Assembly (NCBI GenBank): GCA_900617105.1
Contig: UYFQ01000268.1
Coordinates: forward strand, 1-64,000
Length of the DNA stretch: 64,000 nucleotides
Direction: 5' to 3'
From: Hydrurus foetidus
Taxonomy: Eukaryota
Positions 38,445 to 50,400 of this stretch are shown one piece after another. How positions within the stretch are numbered: position 1 is the first letter of the stretch; every line of letters begins with the position of its first letter. Made by a program: the position numbers and the translations under genes. The notes beneath the pieces were generated by a model. That model made no database searches and was not told where the DNA came from. It saw nothing but the letters and a program-made list of their open reading frames with translations.

Positions 38445-41400
38445 ATGGAGCGTTGTGATATTTTGAGGGATGCCCGAGTTGTTCCGCAGAGAGGTGACAA
38501 CAGCTGCCTTTTTCATTCGCTAAGTTTTTGTCTCAGTTATGATGGGATAGTGCCAAGTATTCACGATGATATGTCCGGTTTTCGTTTGCGGGAGGAGATT
38601 TGCAGTTACATCCGCGATAACGAAGATGTGGTTATCAGTATTGCTCCAGAGGAGCAGCGGACATTATCTGAGGCTGTTGGAATGGAGGGTTTTACGTGTT
38701 CTAGTTACTGCGCCAAAATGTTGAATCTTATGGAGTGGGGATCTGTCATTGAGATTGCTGCGGCTGCGGAAATGTTTCTTATTGGCATTCGAATCTATGT
38801 GCCTGTTACGCGGAAGCGGTATTTTACGTTGTTGGGCTCATACAGGTGTATTGGGTTTGATTCGAATTCTAGTGAGATCTATTTATTGTACACTGGTTTC
38901 AACCATTACGACGCTTTAGTTGATTGGTCACCTGGGGGCATCAATGTGGGTCTGTGCAGCGCCGACAACTCTTCATCGTATCTTGGTCGCCCAATACATG
39001 AGTATAATACATCTGCATCATTTGCGGAACGGAGGCGGCTTTCACGTAAGCGTGTGTCAAGTGCTAATTTGGAATGTCGTGGCGACATGGCATTGTCGTC
39101 TAAATCTACTGAGTACATGTCTCGGCGGTTGCCTATCTATTCCGGACTGACTGATGAAGCTAAGAGGACAAACAGAAAGCTTCGAATTGAAAGGCGCGTT
39201 GCCACAAGGAGAAGTGTTTCAAATTCTGTTGGCCGGTCATCCTGTTCAATTGATGCATCGCTTTATGCCAAAAATTATGATATATTGACAAGGTTCATTG
39301 TCTGCGGGATTTGTGGCCTGGAAGGTTCTAGTGTTGGGGCGAAGCTTATTTGTGATATGCAGCATTTTATTGATGCGTCAGGGTTGACGGCAAAGTTCAA
39401 ACTTTTGACAACGGTTCACACATATATGTCAACGTATGACTGCATGTTCGTTGATGATCTTTTGCGGGTTTTCAAAGATGGAATTATTATCGGTTGTACT
39501 CATTTGTGTAGTAGTTGTTGTCACCAACTTCAAGGCAAGAAAAAGTCTGGAGTCATTTCTGACTTGGCACCAGTGTGTGTGGACGATGCCATTACTGTTA
39601 TCGAAGGTCACGATACTACCATGGCGCATCACGATATGATACAAGAGGGTGAAGAATGCCAGTCTGGTCCCTTATATAGTGAAGTTGTTGGTCTTTCTAG
39701 CTCTAAGGAAGGGTCTGCATCTCGAAGTTACAGCGTTCCCAAACTCACGTTATTTAATGGGTTATTTGCCGGAACTATACCTTCTGAGTTGGTTGGTTTA
39801 ACTTGTGTCGAAGAAAGTATGATAAATATCTATTCTTCCGTGACGAAAATGTTTTTGGCGGGTGGAAAGCACTACAAAGTCAAAGGCGGAACCAGCTACA
39901 CAATTATTAATGATTTGACTAGTGTAGCTAAGTATCTACCACGTATGCCGTCCATTGAAGATACAGCTGTTATGCGTCACAGAAGAACTGATGTTGGGAA
40001 GGAGTACAAATATCGACCATTTAGGGTATTTTCGGCATTGAATTGGTTGAAAGAGCACAATCATTTGTATAGTGATATCGAAATTATCTGGCCTATTAAT
40101 GTTAAGTATTGGCAGGAAACGACATCACCAGTTGATATTCCTTTCATTGAATTAACTGATGATGAGGATTGTGATATTGATGGTGGTAATGTTGCAGTCG
40201 ACGAAGTTTCTGATGAATACTCTACTAATACAGGTATATTTTGCCTTGTTGTGTTACTACGTGTTCATTGCTAATTTTCAAGACTGACATTCCCAACATT
40301 ATCATATTAGTATCAGCAGGAAAAAAGCACGAAATTTTGTTGGAGTCACCTGACTCCTTGGTTTCACATATTGAGGGTATATGCAGTGCTTTAATTGACC
40401 CATCACATTGTACTTATGAGAGGAACACGCTACATGAATTCGTATGTCAGTTCAAAAATCCTGAGTATTATCTATCGCGGTGTTTTGCTTGTCTATATCC
40501 GTACGGTCGTGGGTGTCCTAGCGACAAGTCGTGTGGTATGCTTAGCAACGCAAAATACGTAAAACACATGTTGTGTTTAGGTGGTGGGCCTTCAGCTAGG
40601 AGGTTTCAACAGTCAGCTGGATTCATCTTTAATATGTATACAATGGAGATGAGAAGAAAGTTAGGGGCGTTGCTTTCGTGGCTCAAAAAAAAAATCTTGA
40701 TAGTACAGCTCCACTTGAAGAAGTACCAAATATTAGTGATATTAACAATTTATTAAATTATTTGGAGGAGTCTTTAGTTTCCGCTCAAGAAACATTGAAG
40801 TCTAGTAATGTGTCTAGCGATACAGCTATGAATAAGTCATCGGACAAGTATGATGAAAGAGAGATGCAAAAATTGATTAAACGATTAATACCTTATTCTC
40901 AGTCGTTACAAGGAACTGCAACTCATATAGCTTATGAAAGGACTAAACTTATGGCAATGATTCCGTCTCCTATAATCAATAAGTTGGGTTTGTGGCGACT
41001 ATTTTTTACTGTTGCACCAGCAGATCTTTATGAAAGTCGCTTTTTCGAACTTGTACAGAGCCAAATAACTGATCATAGTATTGAATTTTGGAATACCAGA
41101 GTTAATAAGGTAAGTTAATTATATTTACAATTTCTATACCCATTATTTTGCATTAATCAGTGTAATTTATTTACTTATATTTAGGCGAAGTTGCTAGATT
41201 CTGATACAAGAATGAATCTGTTGCGAAGTCATCCAGCAACTGTCGCACGTCTATTTGATTACAAGCAGGATTGTATGTGGAAATATCTTGTGATGGGTGA
41301 GTCTAAGCCATTTGGAGAAGTTACTGATTTTTGGAGGCGAGTCGAGGTATGTTTTGAATTAACCATACATAATGTCACTTTCAGTTCTAATTCATTTACG

Positions 41401-44400
41401 TACAGTATCAGGCTCGCGGAACACCACATGTTCACAGTTTGATTTGCATTTCAAAGGCGGATGGTATTGATTCTGGTACAGTTGATAGTGACGACGTTGT
41501 TGAACAAAATAAAGTTAAAAGTTATGTTCAAGGTATTGTCAGCGCAATTTTGGTCAAGAAGATTAATTGTACGAATATAAGTGTTGATATGAATGGCAAA
41601 GATCAGCAGAATATTGGAGATACGAATATAATGAATAAAGTTGAGTTGGATGAATCTGATTTTCTTTGGAATCCATCTAGGGAATATTTTTCAGATGATA
41701 TTCACCCATGCCGACTGCCATTTGATGCCCATTTGAATTATGAAAGGAGTGTTGATGGTGTATTTGCCGACAACGATGTGCAGCGTCAATACCGTCGACT
41801 CCAAATAGCAACACAGTTTCACAGGTGCTGCTTCACGTGTTTTAAGTATTGTTATTCGCACAACCAAGTATGTAGATTCGGGTTTCCATGGGTTTCTGAT
41901 GGTTGTACATTTGAGCCTATCATAAGGCGAGATCGCGACAAGAAGAGCAGAATTCGGGTTTCTGTCTTACCACAACGAAATAATGCATATTTAAATGGTA
42001 CATTACACAGTCCATTAATATCGATTGCTCATGGTGGAAATCATGATATTCAGTACATTGGTAATAGTGTTGGTGCTGCAGAATACGTCGCGTCATACGC
42101 ATCGAAAGCTGAAGAACCAGATAAAAGTGCGATGGCTAATATTTACGCCAAGAAAATAAAATATATTGTTGATACAAGTTCTGTTGTTACAGATAGACAA
42201 CGATTGTATGCCGTCGGGAGTGCTATATTGGGGAGTAGTCCGGTTGGTGCTGTTCAGGCGTGCTATACATTATTGGGTCTTAAAATCGTTAAATCTTCAA
42301 GAGCTGTTATTAATCTTAATCCATTGCACCGTAAGTTTTGCTTATTGCACATTTAATTATTTGTATATATTTTATTTATATTACTTAGCGGTGTCTAATT
42401 GACAGTTTCAAATTATATTAGGTGATGAGATGAACAAAGGTCTTAAGACTAGGGCTGAAATTATTGGTCAACTTGAAGATTCAGATTCAGCAGTTGAATG
42501 TGGCCTTAACTCTGCGATGGGTAAGCGTATGGCATATCAATTGTTAGTCATACAGCAGAGAGAAAATTATGATGGTAAATGCAACATCACCATATATTCG
42601 TTGTATACATCATACAACGTTTCTGTAGCAAGCACAAAAGTGTACCCTGCTCCGTCATTACTACATGTTGATGACGGTGGTATTATTATATCCACATTAA
42701 AAAATCACAAGTTTATGATTCAAAACACAGTCTACACGAGATTAAGGAAAGATTGTGTTGTCAATCTGTGTCCATATGTACCTGTGAACGATAGTGACGA
42801 GCGATCGTGTTATTCAACATTACTCGTACATATACCATGGCCATGGGGTGGTGAAGAGGAAATTTTACGAGGCTATGAGTCTGCTGTAGAGTGTTTGTAC
42901 AACCTCAAGTTGAGTGACGACATTCCACCGTATGTAAATTATACACTTGAATTATTACACAATTCGAATGTTATTAGAGACAATGTTGGAGTGAATATCA
43001 ATGAGGTTGATGAGGAGTCTGATGAGTTCTTATACAATAATTGCAGCGATGAAAACAACTTTATTGTTGAAGAAAGCAATTTGTTACAATTTGGCGATAC
43101 CATCAATATGCCCTTAAATCCGTATAATAACAATATTGACTCTATGATTAATATCACTGCTGCAAATATGCGGTACTGTAAAAATTTTATACAAAATGTT
43201 CAAAATAAACATTTAGAAAGTTTAAGAATAGAAAATTCAATTCATTATATAATGGCGAATTATCATCTGGTTCAAATATTTATTGTAAAGTCAACAATTA
43301 TGAAGAAAGATTTAAAAAGTTAGAAGATAATGTTAGTAGGCTTACAAAGCAGCAACTGAAAGCGTACAATATTGCCGTGGAGTATATAAGTGGTCAGAAA
43401 AACAGTCAAATGTTAATGTTTGTCACTGGCGAAGGTGGCACTGGTAAATCATTCTTAATTAGCTTAATAATGGAATATACTCAAATATGTCATGGGAAAC
43501 AGAAAGGTTTATATGGTTCTGCTTTGTCTATAGCACCAACAGGAGCTGCAGCAAATGTAATCAGCGGTTATACTTGGCAATCAGTCTATGGAAAGGGTAG
43601 AATAAAAAAGAAGTCAAAAGTGTGTACTATGTCGAAAGAATGTGCACAAGCTGTCGGTAGTAAAATTGCTGGTGTCAAACTTATTGTTCTCGATGAAATC
43701 TCTATGATAAACTTGGAAACATTGAATGAAATTAGCGAACGGCAGATCGCAGCTATGGGAACACAAACTAGCGATCCGATATTGCGACAGAGTTTCAAGG
43801 AAAAACATTTTGGAGGTGTGCATATATTGTTCACTGGAGACTTTTATCAACTAAAACCAATTGAGCCAGAGGCTATTTATACAAATGATATTCAATACGC
43901 ACGCTCAATTAAAGGTCGCAAGATTTGGTTGGACTTGAATGAATATGTTGTATTGACAGAAAATACTAGATATATGCTCGATGCGACGCCATTAATGAAT
44001 GTTTTCTTATCCGGGGCAAGAAAGGGTATTGTCAATCAAGAATTATTACAAGCTATGAACTCCCGAGTATTTGTTAACGAAAAAGCTGCCAGACGAGAAG
44101 CAGGTCCAGACGCTGTATGGATCGCACACGAGAATAAAGTTGTACGGAGACTTAATAAGACAGACTTTGAAGAGAAAGTCTCAAATGGTGTTATCAATCA
44201 TAGGATTATTGCACGGCATATTCCTGTATCAAAAGAACATAAGATGCCTGACAAGGAAACTATTGATAAATTGTTATTAATTACAAAATACGGCAGTGCA
44301 GCTCCTTATTTAGATTTGGCAATTGGTACTAAGGTTAGCTGCACTATGAATTTGGGAACACAAATAGGTACACTCTTGTTTATTTTCGTCTATGTAATAT

Positions 44401-44965
44401 GTATTGTCTAGAATATAAATGTATTCCTTTATTAATATTTGTGATTGCCAATTATTATAGGTATATTTAATGGGGCAAAAGGGAAAGTTGTGGCCTTTGC
44501 ATTCTCCTACGATCCAGACGATATTGGAATTCATCAACAAAGATCCAATGTACAAAACGAACTCCCTGTCGTATTTGTCAAAATGGATCACGATGTAGGT
44601 TATTCAGTAATACCATCGCTACCTAATGTTGTACCATTTACCGAGCAATGTGACATCACCGAGAAATATTCTAAAAATATCATCGATGGCAGATTCCGCT
44701 TGTTGCTGCATTTGCAACTACAACCCACAAAATGCAAGGCTCAACTGTCAAAGGAAATTGTGTAACTATACCTTCTTTGAAGTGTCCATGGGCTCGTGGA
44801 TTGGACTATGTTGCTAATTCTAGGGCAACGGAATTGTCAAAACTGTTCCTCCTTAGACCTTTGAAATCGCAGCATTTCACAAGTCATGAAAAAGAGCGAA
44901 ACAAAATAGACGCAGAATATGCGCGCTTAAGCCGCTTGTTTTGCTCAGCTGGTGAAACTAATTAA
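38445..44965 (+). CDS. RepHel transposase: OTU protease, Cys-rich region, HUH Rep, PIF1 helicase; 6 exons, 3 frameshifts
   Basis: OTU: GDNSCLFHSLS, WGSVIEI, NHYDAL. Rep: FFTVAPAD, spliced RRVE/YQARGTPHVH, YVASYASKAE. Helicase: TGEGGTGKS, LDEISM, GDFYQL, HKMQGST, YVANSR. Introns 40234-~40310, 41110-41184, 41347-41405, 42331-42421, 44368-44460. Frameshifts near 40665, 43245 and 44673. No C-terminal endonuclease seen. Confidence 0.93.
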
Positions 44966-45111
44966 TTGTAGTACCATGAAACCACAATTGTAACGAGATG
45001 TACAAATAGTTTCCGATCCGTACAGGAAACTAAGTATTTGAAGTTTAATGAAATTACAAATTTAAGTAGAAATATGATTGCAAGATAATTTTTTCCTTTT
45101 TAAACAGCCAA

Positions 45112-45186
45112 GGGGCACCCGGAGACCATCTATAAATCCCTACGGACCCAGCAAGAACTGTATGAGACAAACATGAGGTTGCCCCC
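45112..45186 (-). other. Conserved 75-nt structured non-coding element (copy B)
   Basis: Reverse complement aligns with 7753-7827: 13/14 identity at the 5' end and 37/42 at the 3' end. Confidence 0.7.
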
Positions 45187-45207
45187 TACGAAAATAGCTT
45201 GATTAAA

Positions 45208-46452
45208 TTAACTCTTTATGACATAAAGATCCATAAGAAAACATTGATTCATCCATCGCATACGTGTTGCTAAATTTTGTATTGAAAAAACTTTTTCACC
45301 GGCAGTACACCCATTATCATATATAGTGCCATTCATATTGTCGTCAACATCGACACCAATCGCATGGTCATTTAGAATTTGCTTTCCCTTTATCCATGTA
45401 TCTAACTTATCGGAATCTGAGTGTTGCGCAGTTATAGATGTTAGCAAACGTTTGTGAGTATCATTATTTTTACGTGTTGCTCCGAAGAATACATATTTCC
45501 CTGGCCTACATAAATTTGATTCGATTGAATGCATGTCCCAATCGTTGTTGAACCCTAGCTGCTTGAATTTGTAGACAACTAACAATCCTGTCGCCTCAAA
45601 ATGCATCTTAGATACATGTCTGAAAAATTTGTGGGCATCGGTAGATGTTGTTCCCTAACGAAGTTTCTGCCCTGTTCACCAACTGCTGCCTTAAACATAT
45701 CCCTAACATCCATGGTTTGGTTCATCTGTAATATAATATTGAACTTGTTAAAATCAACTCTAGCTGTTAAGATCTCATATGGTCCGAACTCACCGTTACT
45801 AAGTTTTTCTGGTCTTCGTTCATAAGACTGAACATCGCGCTGAGCATGCATAGATTTTCAGATGCCTTCCACGTTGCAGGTCGTTGGGTGATTACTTCTT
45901 GACTTGGGCTCACTATTGGTTCACAAATTGGAGTAATTAAAGCCGGGATCATCGAATAGTTGATAAAGCATTGACAGACGGTAGGTTGTTGAAGTCAGTT
46001 ACGTTTGAAAGCAGCATGCATAAGTATAGAGTGTAACCTACCGCTTGTGGTTGGCTCTGATTTTGACGCTCTCGCCAATTTGGCGTTTGGTTTGGCAATT
46101 GTTGCTGATGGAGTTATGCCTGTTCTCCGGAGGTTGATGCATTTGTTAGTCGAGGATTCTAATTCAGCTATTGAAATCAAAAGGATCTTACCACTCGACT
46201 GTGGCTTGGGCTTTGTCACCAGTGCCATTGAAATCTCTGGTTTCGCAATCTTAACTGATGGTTAATTGCCAATAGTTCAGAAGTTCATTGGATAAGTTTT
46301 TGGCGACATTTGGCGACATTTGAATCTAGCAACCGGGTTAAGTTGAACTTACTTAGCTTTTGTGGCGTGTTAGTGAGTTTCCGGAGAGCTTTTGTTGGCG
46401 CTTTCAGTGGAGTTGACCCGTCGTGTTGTTTCAGCTTCTTGAATCGTGGCAT
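45208..46452 (-). CDS. Cargo gene A, copy B: basic N-terminus plus predicted papain/C39-like cysteine protease domain
   Basis: WKASENLCMLSAM, intron 45793-45726, DHAIGV, IYDNG. One frameshift in a G run near 45653. N-terminal exon structure uncertain. Confidence 0.65.
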
Positions 46453-46492
46453 GTCAAAATTGCGCCGGCGGCCAAATTTCCTGACGAAGAAA

Positions 46493-46760
46493 GATAAATC
46501 CGTAAGCTCAACAATTCGAGCCTTGCAGTGGCGGCTTGAAGATGGCGTGGCTGATTTGTGGACTACGTGGCATCCATCGATATATTGATTGCTGCGATAT
46601 CTGCGACTTGAGATGTGCAGCAATCGATAAATCCGTAAGCTCAACGATTCGAGCTTGCAGTGGCGGCTTGAAGATGGCGTGGCTGATTTGTGGTCTACGT
46701 GGCATCCATCGATATATTGATTGCTGCGAGATCTGCGACTTGAGATGTTGCAGCAATCGA
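46493..46760. repeat. Near-perfect tandem duplication, 133-bp period, 2 copies
   Basis: gataaatccgtaagctcaac...gcagcaatcga begins at 46493 and again at 46626. Confidence 0.95.
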
Positions 46761-47336
46761 CGGTCGGATCTGACGAGTCCACGTTTTGAAATTTTTTCAA
46801 TTAGTACTAAATTATCTTAAATAGCATCAAATCAGCTTATTATCATCTTTCTTGACTGCTGCAGCTGCAAAAATTTAATAACTTCAATACAGCTGGTTCA
46901 TTTTGCGAAAAAAATCTCTTATCGATCATGTTTCGATTAACCTAGTGTAGGTGTTCATCAGATTTGAAATAACAGCTGTTTTTCTTACAGTAGCAAACAA
47001 TTTTGAATACGATGCCATATATGTGGCTAAACAGCTTCGAGATTAATGCGTTGTCCGCACCATATGATGTTGTGAAAGTTGGAAGGAGATTATATTCGAA
47101 TGCGATATGCCTTATTTAAATCGGTTTGAGGATTACGTTTTTTCAAAATACAGGGCACAAATATATTCATCATATTCTAACAGGCGTCACACTGCGAAGT
47201 ATAATCATGATTTAATGGAAATTCCCGAATTGAATACGCAATTAATTGGACTGTTCTACAAATCGCTTGTTAATTCAAGGTTAAAGGGTCAAGCTACAGC
47301 TAATTGGTATAGCTACTTGGTGATGTCGTGTTAGCA

Positions 47337-48280
47337 TTACGGAATTCTCCTTGGTCTGAATGGTTTCACCGGGCTCTTTGCGGAGAAGTCAAATTCGGCT
47401 TCTGTGAACGCTACAGGCGGAGGAGTATACCAATGTTGTGGTTGTTTTAGATATTCACCCCTATATGTGTAGTACTGGTACGACGGCCACTCGATTACTT
47501 GGGGCAACGCAAGGTGACAAAGCGATAACTGGGCCCGACGTGGATTCGAGATAAGAGTGGTTAATGAGTAGATCTCCGAGACTTCGTGGTAAAGTGCTTG
47601 GGAGGGATTGGCCGGCTTGAGGACAAACTACGAATTTTAAGTTGAAAGTTAAACCTTTGCTTCAATGTTGCGAATTCGGTTTATTATGATTTACCTGGAG
47701 AAATTTGGAGGCATCAGTGTGGATGTAGAGTGGCCCTGTCGTTGTCAACTCCGAGGAATCAGGAAGTAGAAAGGTTGTTGGGACCTTTTTCTTGGATTCG
47801 TTGGCCCTACAGACTCATGAACTGTAGATTAGCATGTCAACATGTCAACATGAATTATTGTCAGCATGGAACTAAAACGTACCGAAACCACTTTTCAACA
47901 AGGAATGCTTGATCGCCCCAAACAACAATTGTTCGGAGTACACCCGTTGGATCGACAATGTAAATGTTCAGCACTGCCTCAGATCTTTCAGTTCCGAGAA
48001 TTTTCTTGATGTCAACAGGACTGATGCTTTTTACAATGAAAGTTCTCTTTAATTTGTCGTCATATACTCGATCGTCAACTGAGTCTTCATATACTAGTTC
48101 GTCAAGTGGAGTGATTATATCAACTTCATCTTCCTCTGCTTTCACGAAGTCTTCATCGTCCAAAGCGTAGACGATGTTGTCGGGTCGTTGACTCTTCTCA
48201 GCTGCTTCTCGATCAGATGCTTCTCTGGAGCTCATCGATTTCTCCGCTTTTGTTGGTTTGGATAAAGGAGATTTCCCCAT
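47337..48280 (-). CDS. RPA70-like OB-fold protein (cargo gene B, copy B), 3 exons; last exon has a probable frameshift
   Basis: MGKSP start, VLNIYIVDPTGVLRTIVVWGDQA, TGPLYIHTDASKFLQ and FVLKPA are all shared with 4854-5570. Confidence 0.65.
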
Positions 48281-48599
48281 TGTTTGCACTGCGATCAACT
48301 ATGGATTCAATTGTGGTCAAGCTATATTATAGAAGCTATAGTTTTGCTGGCGCCATGATATGGATAAGTCAATCGTGATTTCAGTATACGACGTCATTTG
48401 TATGTCGAATATACCGTCATTTCTTCGGTATTTCAGTAACTGATCCTCTAACTGAAAAAAGCTGACGATTATCTACTGCAAGTTACGATGACAATGATAA
48501 ATATCAACCAATCGTATGTGTCATTCGTCTAAATAGACGAATGGTGTCAATTAAATTCACGTATTCCAATATACGTACCTAAGACCGTGCGACATCCGC

Positions 48600-50132
48600 C
48601 CAGTGAATATGTAGGGGGAGTCTGCAATATAAGTGTAACTGACACCAGATTGTATATATACGGTTTGCATTTTATACTGTTAACTGTTGAGATAAACAGT
48701 AGATTCTCGACACAAGATAGTCGCTGTCAGCATCGAATACTCTATGTCTAAAATACAAAGTACCGAGCAGGTTCAAAGTTAAAGGCACAAGATCTGCTGC
48801 AGTTCGGGTAACGTTGAACTAGTATGCTAGATAGCTTTGAGCTTGACGCTGATTTCGACGTGGACATTTTCGACATTGTAAACTCCATGTACACGAAGGA
48901 GTATGAGGCATACGTGGAAAAAGTTGATCAGTTATTATCGACATCATCAACTTTAAATAAAGTTGGTGGTGCATCAAATTATGCGAGACTTCTGTCTTGG
49001 AAGGACACTTACAACATCAGCCGAGAAAAATCTGCTACGGAAGCTGCCAAAATACGGGAAGCTGTTCGTCAGAGAACGTTTGACTTGGCGCATTCCGTAG
49101 ATGACTGCCGTATGTTTTGGGACTTTCTGAAAACTTCACATCATTTCCGAAACTCTCCATGGTACTACAGAGAATATATGGTCGAAAAGCTACTTGGAAG
49201 ACATACTGTCGATGTTGAGAGCATATTGTGAGTAAACTTGACTATGCATTGTGTCGAATAGTCATTAACAAACAACAACTGTTGACAGTTACGACAGGAT
49301 ACTGCACGAAAATAACGACCCAGATATCTGTCAAGCTGATTCATCAGTTCAGATACCTTGGACTGACGGTTATAGATCGATAAACGACGTTCACAAAAAT
49401 GACATGGTAAGTAACATTAATTAATCGTTGACTTCTTGCGCTTATTGGCTTATCGTTAACTTTTAACTATAGAAGGTTATTGGTATGTACTTTCGGGCAG
49501 AAAGCGGCGACAAGCGTCCGTTGTGTAAAAAGCTATACAACTGGTATAGACGTAGAGTAACAGATTACAAAAGTTACCTTTCAGTGCTGTTTCCAGAGAA
49601 AAACGCGTCATAGCAAAGGTGGTCACTTCGGAAGTTGCCAGTACCAAACGAGTAAGAATAACCACAGACGTTCTTGGAAAACCAGTCACGCCCAATAATG
49701 GTGCAAAAGGTGCTACTGTTGTGCAGAGATTGTTGAGAAACTTCAAAGAATCATACAACGTAAGTCTACAATATCATAATATGATAAGCTATAAAATAAA
49801 AGTAAAATGATTTTAATTAATGTTGTAGGACAGGTCAGGTGTTAGCATGGGGAGTTTATCAAATGCCGCAACAGACAGTCAATTAGAGGAACTAGTTACA
49901 TTGCCAGTAACAAACAAGGTTGAAAAATGAATACCACTCTAACAATACATTGCAAAACCTTTTAATCAATTATCATTCCTTATTATAGGTGAATAGACGT
50001 ATCATACGTATCGATATCAATAGCGAAAGAATCCAGACACTGCTGCATCAATGGTCGGATGAGATCAGAGAAGAGTTTTTGATCTTTCTGGATCATGCAG
50101 AAAGTATTTGGACAACTTATGAAAGTTGTTGA
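48600..50132 (+). CDS. Multi-exon hypothetical protein (cargo gene C, copy B; start uncertain)
   Basis: Exon 48824-49227 and downstream exons (YFRAESGDKRPLCKKLYNWY; VNRRIIRIDINS...IFLDHAE) are conserved with copy A. No family recognised. Confidence 0.75.
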
Positions 50133-50400
50133 CGTAACTTTCAACGTCTTCATATTTGAATTTTAATAATAAACTACACAGTATAGCTAGCGTATAATAA
50201 CCTTATTACATTGTCTGTCTCACTGTACAGCGTACCGCCAGTAAACTCGTATTTCGTTAATTAAGAAAAAATTGTATACACTGCGAACAGATTTTTGGTA
50301 ATTTTTCGAGTACTGAACACTGAGCAACGTGCAATCAGATCTAACCTCATAAGACATCGGCTAACAATTGAGAGAAAGCGATTGCACAAAAACACTGACA

